Assembly (NCBI GenBank): GCA_028713535.1
Contig: JAQTOC010000002.1
Coordinates: 9,090 to 73,089, forward strand
DNA: 64,000 nucleotides
From: Candidatus Nanoarchaeia archaeon
GTDB taxonomy: Archaea; Nanobdellota; Nanobdellia; SCGC-AAA011-G17; JACPNG01
Direction: 5' to 3'
Made by a program: the position numbers and the translations under genes. Under the pieces are notes generated by a model that worked only from the letters and a program-made list of their open reading frames with translations, made no database searches and was not told the DNA's origin. This document shows, piece after piece, positions 1 through 8,916 of this stretch. How positions within the stretch are numbered: position 1 is the first letter of the stretch; every line of letters starts with the position of its first letter.

Positions 1-52
1 AAAAATTGCTTGTTTTCAAAATCTATATAAATGACAGACCTTTAATAAAAAA

Positions 53-838
53 ATGCTGAGAGAAGTTTTGTTCTGGTGCGAGTTTCCCAAAGAAACAAAT
101 TGGGATTTAATCAATAAAGAGATTAATTTTAAAACAGAAATTTATATTGCAGCCTCTTCAAGAGAGGAATTTCTAGAATACAAGAAAAGAATAAAAAACA
201 AGAATATAACTATTGGAGCCTGGCCTACATTGTCGAAGAAAGAAGGCTACTGGTTCTCTGGTTTTTCAGAAAGAAAATCCATTGACAAACTGGATGACTT
301 TAAGGATTTTAATATTAAAATAGACATAGAACCGCCAATATTTAATGGTAAAATGACTGCCCTCAAAGTATTAAAGTGGGCTATCAAGCCTATTTTCAAG
401 AAAGCAGAAAACAAAAACTATCTTGCAGATAAAATTAACAGACTTAAAAACAAAAAAATAATCATAAGTCCAAGATTGCCAAGATTTTACATGAAAAAAT
501 TAGTTGGAAATGTCAAAGACAGAAAGAACATTTACTACAGCCACATCTTTTACACTTCAATGCTGTCAAAACCAATGGTCCCATTGCTGAAACTATTTTA
601 CAAGAGCTGGTTTAAAAAAGAAAATAATCCAAAATTCTATGTCGCGCTTGGTTGCCTCAATGTAGGTGTATTCCAGAATGAAGGGATCTACAAAAGTATT
701 AGTGAATTTAAAAAAGACATTGAATTCATGAAAAAAATAAACATAGATAAAATCGTTGTGTTCCATCTTGGTGGATTGTTTAACAAAAAAGACTACAAAG
801 AATGGTTAAATCTAATCAGAAAAAATCTTAGTTGCTAA
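53..838 (+). CDS. hypothetical protein (possible alpha/beta-barrel fold)
   Basis: 261-aa ORF with a TATA-like box just upstream; no recognised motif. Confidence 0.6.
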   Translation: MLREVLFWCEFPKETNWDLINKEINFKTEIYIAASSREEFLEYKKRIKNKNITIGAWPTLSKKEGYWFSGFSERKSIDKLDDFKDFNIKIDIEPPIFNGKMTALKVLKWAIKPIFKKAENKNYLADKINRLKNKKIIISPRLPRFYMKKLVGNVKDRKNIYYSHIFYTSMLSKPMVPLLKLFYKSWFKKENNPKFYVALGCLNVGVFQNEGIYKSISEFKKDIEFMKKINIDKIVVFHLGGLFNKKDYKEWLNLIRKNLSC

Positions 839-1277
839 TCACGATGACTTTATGCCCAATGTGTACAGCCTCGTTGTAGCAAACATCAAATATATCTGCA
901 TCAAGGTTTTCTCTTATCTTTTCTTTTGAATATTTTCTCTTGGTTAACCTTTTCTTTAGTGTTTTCAAGTCTGTTTTAGTCACAAAGCAGATATCCACAT
1001 ACTTTGGATTTAGATAGTGGCTTAGATGAGAGTCTATAACCAAGGAATGCTTGGAATTTTTAATGATATTAACTAAGACATTGTTTAGTTTTCTTACATC
1101 AACAACATAGCAGTCTCTTTTTTTGTCATAAGAATCCATCATTCTTTTATTCTTGATTAATTTTGAAACATCAAGGTAATTAAAACCGTTATCCTCAGCC
1201 AGCTTTTTGGCAAAAGTTGTTTTCCCAGAACAAACCGAGCCAGTTACTATTATTGTGATATTATTCTTTTTTTTCAT
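828..1277 (-). CDS. adenylate kinase, AK6/Fap7-like
   Basis: P-loop TGSVCSGKTT, DSHLSH motif, LKKRL..RKYS..KIREN. Confidence 0.85.
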   Translation of the reverse strand: MKKKNNITIIVTGSVCSGKTTFAKKLAEDNGFNYLDVSKLIKNKRMMDSYDKKRDCYVVDVRKLNNVLVNIIKNSKHSLVIDSHLSHYLNPKYVDICFVTKTDLKTLKKRLTKRKYSKEKIRENLDADIFDVCYNEAVHIGHKVIVISN

Positions 1278-1578
1278 CGTTCAAAACCGGCTTGTCATCA
1301 ACAGTAAATAGTCTAGAATCACCAACATCAAATAACCCAATTCTTGCGCCAGCGTCCAGCCATCCATGGGCGTAATTTAGTGCTGCAAAAGCATTGACAA
1401 TCTCCCCTTTTTCCTGAAAGTGTTTTGCATCCTCAAAATATCTCTGTGCCATGTCCAAGAAATCAGCCCTTGTTAAATCAGTGATATTTAGGTTTTCTGG
1501 AGCGCTCTTTGCCTTAGTCAAGGCCTCACCGGTAACTGAAAAATATTTTTCAATTTTTTCCTTAGTTACCTTATCCAT
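1261..1578 (-). CDS. DUF357 family protein
   Basis: MAQRYFEDAKHF...AFAALNYAHGWLDAGARIG signature. Confidence 0.85.
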   Translation of the reverse strand: MDKVTKEKIEKYFSVTGEALTKAKSAPENLNITDLTRADFLDMAQRYFEDAKHFQEKGEIVNAFAALNYAHGWLDAGARIGLFDVGDSRLFTVDDKPVLNDEKKE

Positions 1579-1585
1579 TTTTTAT

Positions 1586-1687
1586 TTACTTAGCCCTCCT
1601 CTTTCTCTTTTCCTTTTTCATTCTCTTACGCTGCCATTTCCAACGCATTTGCTTTTTTTTCTTCCATCTACGAGAGCTTCTTTTCAT
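1586..1687 (-). CDS. rpl41e: ribosomal protein eL41 (L41e/eS32), missed by the ORF track
   Basis: Manual translation MKRSSRRWKKKKQMRWKWQRKRMKKEKRKRRAK (33 aa) resembles archaeal L41e; TATA box about 25-30 nt upstream. Confidence 0.85.
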   Translation of the reverse strand: MKRSSRRWKKKKQMRWKWQRKRMKKEKRKRRAK

Positions 1688-1749
1688 TTTTAATTGAAAA
1701 ATTTTATCTGTTTATAAAGGTTTTGGGCTTAAAGTAAGTATATATATCC

Positions 1750-2709
1750 TTAGGTAAAGCCAACTTTGTTTTGGTCTCTTAGGTAATTTTCATAAGTTAC
1801 CCTTAATCCGTCTTCAAACTGCACTCTTGGCTTCCAGTCAAGCATCTCCTTTGCCTTTCTGTAATCTGCTAAAGTACATTTTGGTTCAACAACAGAAGGT
1901 CCGTGTATTGGCGTAACTTCCTTTTTGCTTAGTTTTATTATCTCTTCTGTAATTTTGTTAACCGAGATATCTCGTCCAGAACCAATATTGAATGACTGTC
2001 CAATGCATGCTCTATTTCCTGTTTTCATTGCTAGAATGTTCGCATCAACAACATCACCAACATAGATGTAGTCCCTTGTATTCTCGCCATCCCCATTGAT
2101 TACAGGGGGTTGGCCATTATATATCATGTCAATGAATCTTGTTACAATAAGTGCATAAGCTCCTTTTGGATCCTGTTTTGGGCCATATGCATTAAAATAT
2201 CTCAAGTTAATCACTTCTAATCCATAAACAACGCTAAATAATTTGCCATACTCCTCTCCTATGAGCTTGTGTATTGCATAAGGAGACATTGGGTTTAAGT
2301 TTGATGTTTCTGAAGTAGGATAATCTTTTGTGTCTCCATAAATTGCTGAGCTTGAGCTGAACACAACCCTTTTAACACCAAATTTTCTGCAGTGGTTTAA
2401 TACGTTTAAGTACCCATTGACATTGACATTATGTGATTCAATCGGGTTTTCTATTGAATATTGTACTCTTGGCAAAGCAGCCAGGTGGAACACACCGTCA
2501 ATTTTTTCCTTACCAAATATCTCTGAAAGGTCTTCGCAGATGCTTTTTCTGTATACTGTTAAGTTTGGATTGTTCTTGAGATGCTCAATGTTCTCTTCCC
2601 TTCCCAAAGAAAAGTCATCAATAATGATTACTTTGTTTCCTGTGCTGATTAATCTGTCTACAATATTGCTCCCAATAAAACCAGCTCCTCCAGTAACAAG
2701 ATATTTCAT
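1750..2709 (-). CDS. NAD-dependent sugar epimerase/dehydratase (extended SDR)
   Basis: TGGAGFIG, SSSAIYG, catalytic YAIHK, LRYFNAYGP. Confidence 0.9.
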   Translation of the reverse strand: MKYLVTGGAGFIGSNIVDRLISTGNKVIIIDDFSLGREENIEHLKNNPNLTVYRKSICEDLSEIFGKEKIDGVFHLAALPRVQYSIENPIESHNVNVNGYLNVLNHCRKFGVKRVVFSSSSAIYGDTKDYPTSETSNLNPMSPYAIHKLIGEEYGKLFSVVYGLEVINLRYFNAYGPKQDPKGAYALIVTRFIDMIYNGQPPVINGDGENTRDYIYVGDVVDANILAMKTGNRACIGQSFNIGSGRDISVNKITEEIIKLSKKEVTPIHGPSVVEPKCTLADYRKAKEMLDWKPRVQFEDGLRVTYENYLRDQNKVGFT

Positions 2710-2754
2710 AGGCTGGAATCAATCAACTTAGTTTATAAATTTAATTAAACTGAA

Positions 2755-3783
2755 CTATTCAAGTAATTTTTCCCATTGCTCCCTGGTTATGTTAAGGAAT
2801 TCCTGCTTGGTTATGATGTCCCCCTTGGATTCTAGAAGATCTATTACAGGCAGGAGCATTTCTTCAGCTTCATACTTTGGTTTGAATCCAAATGTTTTTT
2901 CAAATTTGGCTGAATTTATTTTTAGGTTTCTAACATCACCCAAATCGTCTACAACTTTTATATTAGTTTCCTCAACTAATTCTTTTATCTTGTTTATGAT
3001 TTCAATCTTTGTTAAGTTCAAAGACCCAAGATTATAAGTTCCCTTCTTGAAATTATTGATTATATTAATATATGCATCCATCATATCTCTTATGTCTATT
3101 AAAGCCCTGTAATGGTTTGGGTTTGAAACAGAAATATTCCTTTTCAGCCACACCATGTATGAGAAATGATTAGGCAATAAATCAGGTCTTGCTCTTGGGG
3201 ACAACCCTCCAATAGTAGCAGGCCTTAATATCACATACTCAGGGTCAATCTCTTTTATTATTTTTTCACACTCAAGTTTATTCTTTGAGTATTGGTCTTT
3301 TATTTCTCTTATTTCATAGCCTTCATCTATTAGATTTTCACTTTTGGAAAGGCCATAAATGCTTGAGCTTGAATTATAGATTAACTTTGAGTTATATTCC
3401 CTGCATAACTCAGCAATAATCCTTGTTCCTTCAGTTGAGATTTCATGGGATTCTTCCTTGTTTTCTTCGCATGGGAAATACCCAACTATGTCTGCAAAAT
3501 GAAAGACAAAATCAAAATTATGTTTTCTAAATAGCTTTGATAATCTTTCTTTGTCTCTTATGTCCCCGTTAATATAATCAATTTTACTTGTTTTTCTTGT
3601 GTCTGCTGCCAATGATTCTGCCACGTTTATTTTTTCCCTTAGGATTAAGTTGATTCTTTCTAATGATTTTTGGTTGTACATTAAGCTGTCATATATTACT
3701 GGATTATAGCCTAATTCTTTCAGTTTTAGGTATAGCATGCTTCCTAAATACCCTGCTCCACCAGTAATTAATATTTGTGTCAT
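2755..3783 (-). CDS. NAD-dependent epimerase/dehydratase family protein
   Basis: TGGAGYLG, SSSSIYG, YSKNK, LRPAT. Confidence 0.85.
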   Translation of the reverse strand: MTQILITGGAGYLGSMLYLKLKELGYNPVIYDSLMYNQKSLERINLILREKINVAESLAADTRKTSKIDYINGDIRDKERLSKLFRKHNFDFVFHFADIVGYFPCEENKEESHEISTEGTRIIAELCREYNSKLIYNSSSSIYGLSKSENLIDEGYEIREIKDQYSKNKLECEKIIKEIDPEYVILRPATIGGLSPRARPDLLPNHFSYMVWLKRNISVSNPNHYRALIDIRDMMDAYINIINNFKKGTYNLGSLNLTKIEIINKIKELVEETNIKVVDDLGDVRNLKINSAKFEKTFGFKPKYEAEEMLLPVIDLLESKGDIITKQEFLNITREQWEKLLE

Positions 3784-3833
3784 ATCTTCTCCAGTTAAAC
3801 AAACTTTTTAAATCCATTTCATATAAAAAGGTT

Positions 3834-4121
3834 ATGGGGAAAGAGGAGGATCTTGCTGAACTTACTCAGGGTAAACTTTCTAAGCTGGATGATATAATAA
3901 ACAACCTCAAGAACAACTATCCTTGTTTCTTAGGGATTAGGGATAAAGGTTATGTTCTTTTGCATGAAGGTTTTCTTGAAAATTATGGAGGCGAAGTTTA
4001 TTTTTTAGAAGATCTTTATTTATACAGGAAGAAACTTCTTGAATGGGATTGTAAAGATAATCTATTCAAACCAAAATTGATAAAAGAGTTAGATAATGAC
4101 ATTGCTCCGGCCGGGATTTGA
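3834..4121 (+). CDS. hypothetical protein (stop codon lies inside tRNA-Glu)
   Basis: ATG at 3834 downstream of TTTTTAAA; 95 aa; no homology recognised. Confidence 0.45.
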   Translation: MGKEEDLAELTQGKLSKLDDIINNLKNNYPCFLGIRDKGYVLLHEGFLENYGGEVYFLEDLYLYRKKLLEWDCKDNLFKPKLIKELDNDIAPAGI

Positions 4122-4177
4122 ACCCGGGTTATCGGATCGAAAATCCGATGTGATTGACCGGACTACACTACCGGAGC
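4103..4177 (-). tRNA. tRNA-Glu(TTC)
   Basis: Cloverleaf GCTCCGG/CCGGAGC, anticodon arm TCGGA-TTTTCGA-TCCGA, T-loop TTCAAAT; no encoded CCA. Confidence 0.95.
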
Positions 4178-4228
4178 CTAAAGACTTTTTTCAGAACTTT
4201 ATTTATAAATGTTTTGATTAAAAAGAAG

Positions 4229-4325
4229 TGGGCCCGGTGGGATTCGAACCCACGACTTCCGGCTTTCTTAGAACCGAAAGTGGCCATATAAGACCGGCGC
4301 TCATACCAAGCTAAGCTACGGGCCC
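4229..4325 (-). tRNA. tRNA-Ile(TAT) with 22-nt intron at 37/38 (4265-4286)
   Basis: GGGCCCG acceptor stem; CCGGT-CT-TAT-A[TGGCCACTTTCGGTTCTAAGAA]A-GCCGG; BHB with CTTA/TAAG helix and 3-nt bulges. Confidence 0.9.
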
Positions 4326-4393
4326 GCAATAATCCAAAAAACCAAAGGTTTATATTTAAATGTTTCGAATGAGAATTATTTAGAGGCTGTAAA

Positions 4394-5587
4394 ATGATTA
4401 TAGGTTTGGTGGGTAAGCCCAGTAGCGGGAAATCAACATTTTTCAAAGCTGCAACTTTAGCAGATGTAGATATAGCTAACTATCCATTTACAACCATAGA
4501 AAAGAATGAAGGTGTAGCCTATGTCAAGATTGATTGCATTGATAAATTCTTTAACAAGCAATGCAACCCAAGGTTTGGATATTGCGTTAATCATAAAAGA
4601 TATGTTCCAATAAAAATAATTGATGTTGCTGGCTTAGTCCCGGATGCTCATAAAGGCAAAGGAAGAGGAAATCAGTTCCTAGATGATTTAAGACAGGCAG
4701 ATGCCTTAATCCATGTCGTTGATATATCTGGAAGTTTGAATGAAAACGGAGAACCAGTTTCAATGGGTTCTTATGATCCAAAAAAAGACATTGAATTCCT
4801 GGAATTTGAATTAGACATGTGGTATTTTCAGATACTAAACAAGGGATGGGACAAGTTTTCAAGGCAGACCCAGCAGGAAAAAGCAGGAATCAACAGGGCA
4901 TTGTCAAAACAGCTTTCTGGCCTTGGTGTCAAAGAAGATATGGTTGAAAGTTCTGTAAAAAAATTAAATCTGCCAATTGAATTTATTAACTGGAATGAGT
5001 CTGAAAGAAAGTTGCTTGCCAGGGAATTAAGAAAATTAACAAAGCCAATTATCATTGCAGCAAATAAGATTGATCTTGAAAAAGGAAAGGAAAACTATTA
5101 CAAAATAAAAAAAGACCTTCCAGAGTTAAATATAATTCCTTGTTCTGCTGATTATGAACTTGCTTTGAGAGAAGCAGCAAAAAAAGACCTGATTGAATAT
5201 CTTCCAGGTGAAAAAGACCTTAAGATTAAAGGTAACCTCAATGAAGCCCAAAAAAATGCACTTGAAAAAATAAAATTAAACATACTTGATGTTTTTGAAA
5301 ACGGAACAGGAGTTCAGGCAGTATTAAACTACGCTGTCTTTGGCTTATTAAATTATATTGCAATATTCCCCGGAGGGATGAATAAACTGGAAGATTCCAA
5401 GGGTAATGTTCTTCCTGATTGTTTCTTGATGCCTCCCAATTCAACAGCCTTGGATTTTGCATATTTATTGCATACTGACTTTGGGGAGAATTTTATCAAG
5501 GCTATGGATGTTAAAAGGCGTATCCCTGTTGGCAGGGAGCATAAACTAAGCCACCTTGATGTTATTGAAATAATGACCAAGAAATAA
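4394..5587 (+). CDS. ychF: YchF/Obg-like GTPase with C-terminal TGS domain
   Basis: GKPSSGKST, NYPFTT, DVAGLV, GRGNQFL, NKID, DFAYLLHTD. Confidence 0.9.
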   Translation: MIIGLVGKPSSGKSTFFKAATLADVDIANYPFTTIEKNEGVAYVKIDCIDKFFNKQCNPRFGYCVNHKRYVPIKIIDVAGLVPDAHKGKGRGNQFLDDLRQADALIHVVDISGSLNENGEPVSMGSYDPKKDIEFLEFELDMWYFQILNKGWDKFSRQTQQEKAGINRALSKQLSGLGVKEDMVESSVKKLNLPIEFINWNESERKLLARELRKLTKPIIIAANKIDLEKGKENYYKIKKDLPELNIIPCSADYELALREAAKKDLIEYLPGEKDLKIKGNLNEAQKNALEKIKLNILDVFENGTGVQAVLNYAVFGLLNYIAIFPGGMNKLEDSKGNVLPDCFLMPPNSTALDFAYLLHTDFGENFIKAMDVKRRIPVGREHKLSHLDVIEIMTKK

Positions 5588-5731
5588 ATTTATTACTTTA
5601 AAATTAATATACTTTTGAGCAACATTTATAAAGATTCAGTCATTATTAAAATATCAAGGCAAGCCACAACGATTGCCTCCTCTTTTGTTTTTTGTGAAAG
5701 ATTTTTATATTAGAAAACCATATTATTTTTT

Positions 5732-6613
5732 ATGATTCTAGGTAAAAAACAAATAGATGTTCTACCTTATTATGCAGTTATTTCTAAAAAACTGATAAAA
5801 TTTCTGGATAAAAAAGAAATTGCAACAAAAATCAGTTTGCCTAACAGCAAGATTGGAAAAATATTAAAAAGAGGTTCAAAAGAAGAGCCGTTATATGTTT
5901 CTGAGATAGTTAAGAATGTTAATGATGATATGTTAATGTTAAGAAATAAGCATCTTGATGAAGTTAGGAAGGAATTAAACAAAACACAGATTAAAATCTG
6001 GGATTACTTTGTTCCAAGAAAGCTGATTGATTTTTTGTATGCAACAAATAACGAAGGAGTTAACAAAAAGATTAAAAGAATATTTTTTGATATTGATTGT
6101 GGTTCTTTAAGCTCTGAAAAAGCAAGAATCGTTGCTAAAGAATTAGTTTATCTAATTAAAACTGACAAGGAATTTAATAAATTGGTTAAATATGATATTA
6201 TGCCCATGTGGACAGGACATTCTTTCCATGTTTATTTGTTTTTGAATAAAGATGTTAGTCCTGAATTTTATGATAAATATCTAATGTTCTCAAAATCAAA
6301 GCCCATGGAGAGTTTTACTGGAAGATGGGCTTTTGAAATAAGCAAAAAAACAAAGATAAAGGTTATTGGAGGCCATGAAAAAGTTAATGGGTTTATTAAT
6401 ATAGATCCTTCACAAACACCATCAGGAAAATTAGCTAGGATCCCCTTCTCTTTGAATATTAAAAACTTCAAGATTGTTGGAGTTGCTCTGCCTTTAAGTA
6501 TCAGGGACCTGAACGATAGGAATCTAATTAAAAAATTGAGGTGTTATAACGCAGATAAAGTTATAAAGGATTTAGGTTCTTTAGCTAAAAAAATTCCTGA
6601 GAGGTTAAAATAG
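5732..6613 (+). CDS. archaeo-eukaryotic primase superfamily protein, LigD polymerase-domain (Prim-Pol)-like
   Basis: IDVLPYY..I...L..FL N-terminus, FFDID (motif I), TGHSFHVY (motif II), NIDPSQ...LARIPFSL, VALPLS...L. Confidence 0.7.
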   Translation: MILGKKQIDVLPYYAVISKKLIKFLDKKEIATKISLPNSKIGKILKRGSKEEPLYVSEIVKNVNDDMLMLRNKHLDEVRKELNKTQIKIWDYFVPRKLIDFLYATNNEGVNKKIKRIFFDIDCGSLSSEKARIVAKELVYLIKTDKEFNKLVKYDIMPMWTGHSFHVYLFLNKDVSPEFYDKYLMFSKSKPMESFTGRWAFEISKKTKIKVIGGHEKVNGFINIDPSQTPSGKLARIPFSLNIKNFKIVGVALPLSIRDLNDRNLIKKLRCYNADKVIKDLGSLAKKIPERLK

Positions 6614-6633
6614 CAGATACAAAAACTCCCCCC

Positions 6634-7047
6634 GTGGGCATAGCCCAAATAAAGCCACCAGATGATCCGAACACATCTCCTTTTTATGAGGGAGGAATAG
6701 CTGATGAAAACATTGATACTTATCTACTTCGTTTTAAAACAAATCTTCTTTCCCACCTAAATGCTGATTTTATAGAACAGGGCTATTGTGTAACAAAATA
6801 TACTAAAAGAATTCGAGAATCTCTTTGCGATATTGTCCAAGACTCTATTCAAATTGGAACCACAATAAAAGATAATCCAAAATTAAGTAGGTTTTTAGAC
6901 AGATACAAAAAGGATGAATTTAGAGAGCATGTTATGCGTTATTTAGAAGTTGCAGTAATTGTTTATAATTGGATCTTGCCTGAAATTAAAACCAAAAATT
7001 CTTTAAATGAACCTAACGATAAACCTTATGGGGGGGCTATAGTCTAG
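6634..7047 (+). CDS. hypothetical protein (start uncertain; 3' end overlaps tRNA-Pro)
   Basis: 137-aa open frame with GTG start; no motif. Confidence 0.4.
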   Translation: MGIAQIKPPDDPNTSPFYEGGIADENIDTYLLRFKTNLLSHLNADFIEQGYCVTKYTKRIRESLCDIVQDSIQIGTTIKDNPKLSRFLDRYKKDEFREHVMRYLEVAVIVYNWILPEIKTKNSLNEPNDKPYGGAIV

Positions 7048-7107
7048 GCTGATCTATGATTCCGGGCTGGGGGTCCGGCGACCCAGGTTTGAATCCTGGT
7101 AGCCCCA
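7033..7107 (+). tRNA. tRNA-Pro(GGG)
   Basis: GGGGCTA/TAGCCCC acceptor, CCGGG-CTGGGGG-TCCGG anticodon arm, T-loop TTTGAAT. Confidence 0.9.
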
Positions 7108-7141
7108 TTAGTTTTTTAAATCAAGGAAGTTTGATAATAAA

Positions 7142-8128
7142 ATGACAATTTGTCTTGGAATAGAATCAACAGCGCATACTTTTGGAGTTTCTATCGTAAA
7201 TGATAAAGGGAAAATTCTGAGTAATTTAAACAAGACATATACAACAGAAAAAGGCGGGATGATCCCTCATGAAGTGGCTCTCCATCACAAAAAAATTGCT
7301 GACAATCTTGTTGAAGAAGCTCTGAACTATGCTAAAATAAAAAAAGAAAAACTGGACTTTATTACTTTTTCACAAGGTCCTGGATTGCCTCCAAGTCTAA
7401 GAATTGGAAAAGATAAAGCAAAACAACTTGCATCAAATCTACAAATACCTTTGATTGGATCAAATCATATATGCGCTCATTTGGAAATAGGAAAATTATT
7501 GACTAAAGCAAAAGATCCTGTTTTTGTTTTTGTTTCTGGGGCTAATACCCAGATAATTGCATATGAATCAGAAAGATACAGGATTTTTGGAGAGACTTTA
7601 GATGTTGGAATGGGAAATGCACTTGATAAGTTTGGAAGAGATATTGGATTAGGATTTCCTGCTGGTCCAAAAATAGAAGAGCTGGCTAAAAAAGGAAATT
7701 ATATTGAACTGCCATACATTGTCAAGGGAATGGACCTAAGTTTTTCTGGAATAGTGACCAAAGCTAACCAGTTATTTAAAAAAGGAGTTAGCAAAGAAGA
7801 TTTATGTTATTCAATGCAGGAAACCTGTTTTTCAATGGTTACAGAGGTGACTGAAAGAGCTCTTGCTCACTGCAATAAAAAAGAAGTTTTACTTATTGGC
7901 GGTGTTGCAGCAAACAAAAGGTTTTGTGAAATGTTAAATAAAATGTGTGAACAAAGAAAAGCTAAGTTTTACTCTGCTCCATTAAGACATTGTGGGGATC
8001 ATGCTGCAATGATAGCATGGCAGGGCATGCTTCAATATAAATCAAATAAAAACTTTGAAGATGTTTCTGAAATAGATATTCTGCCTAAATGGAGAATTGA
8101 TGAAGTGGAAGTTACATGGATTAAATAA
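7142..8128 (+). CDS. kae1: KEOPS t6A synthase Kae1
   Basis: LGIESTAHT, GPGL, HICAHLE, VSGANT, GETLD, GGVAAN. Confidence 0.95.
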   Translation: MTICLGIESTAHTFGVSIVNDKGKILSNLNKTYTTEKGGMIPHEVALHHKKIADNLVEEALNYAKIKKEKLDFITFSQGPGLPPSLRIGKDKAKQLASNLQIPLIGSNHICAHLEIGKLLTKAKDPVFVFVSGANTQIIAYESERYRIFGETLDVGMGNALDKFGRDIGLGFPAGPKIEELAKKGNYIELPYIVKGMDLSFSGIVTKANQLFKKGVSKEDLCYSMQETCFSMVTEVTERALAHCNKKEVLLIGGVAANKRFCEMLNKMCEQRKAKFYSAPLRHCGDHAAMIAWQGMLQYKSNKNFEDVSEIDILPKWRIDEVEVTWIK

Positions 8129-8825
8129 GAACAAAACAAATCCTTCTTCTATTCCCGCCTTTGTTTTCCAGCTTAGTTATTTTTATTTTCCCTATCTCAG
8201 AAGTATTCTTGACATGAGTCCCGCCACAGGCAGTAATGTCAAAATCCTTAATCTCAACAATCCTTATGTCTTTTATATCTGGATTTAGTCCTTTTGCCAA
8301 TTTGGATAAAACAGGAAGTTCCATTGCTTTTTCTCTTGGCAAAAAATAAGTTTTAACCTCTCGATTTTTAGATAAAAATTCGTTTACTTTAGATTCAAAA
8401 CTCATCATCAAATCCCTGTCAAAATTTTCCAGGGAAAAATCTACTCTTGATTTATCTAAACCCAGCTGATTCCCAGTAATTAAAGCCCCTGTTTCTTTAT
8501 ACAAGAACTGAGATAATATGTGAGACACAGTATGATACCTCATTAACAAATGTCTTCTTTCCCAGTCAATTAAACCTTTAACTTTCATGCCTTCTTTAAG
8601 CCCTTCTTTGTCTACCTCGTGGCTTATTTCGTTTTCAGTTTTGGCAACATAAACTACATTGTATTTATTCCCATGCTCATCAACCAAGACTCCAGTATCA
8701 AAAGGCTGGCCTCCAGAATTAGGATAAAAATAACTTTCCTCTAAAATAACATATTTATCTCTTACAGATTTCACAATGCTTTCAAATTCTCTTTTATATG
8801 AATCCTCTAGATATTTTGCTGGCAT
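8121..8825 (-). CDS. alaX: AlaX alanyl-tRNA editing protein
   Basis: FYPNSGGQPFD, RYHTVSH (HxxxH), ACGGTH (CxxxH); start reassigned to ATG at 8825. Confidence 0.9.
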   Translation of the reverse strand: MPAKYLEDSYKREFESIVKSVRDKYVILEESYFYPNSGGQPFDTGVLVDEHGNKYNVVYVAKTENEISHEVDKEGLKEGMKVKGLIDWERRHLLMRYHTVSHILSQFLYKETGALITGNQLGLDKSRVDFSLENFDRDLMMSFESKVNEFLSKNREVKTYFLPREKAMELPVLSKLAKGLNPDIKDIRIVEIKDFDITACGGTHVKNTSEIGKIKITKLENKGGNRRRICFVLI

Positions 8826-8916
8826 AGTTCTGACATAAAATAAATCTTTAAAAACCTTTCCAAACATTATTAACCAAAACACAAATGTTTTAATTACAGT
8901 CTTTTTCTAAATAGCC

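Noticed and set aside
4168..4446. 92-aa ORF, and the 66-aa ORF at 37384-37584
   Set aside because: They run across tRNA genes and promoters; spurious
6598..6640. Read-through or frameshift fusion of Prim-Pol with the downstream orphan
   Set aside because: Different frames, a TGA at 6598-6600 in the downstream frame, and no convincing slippery site
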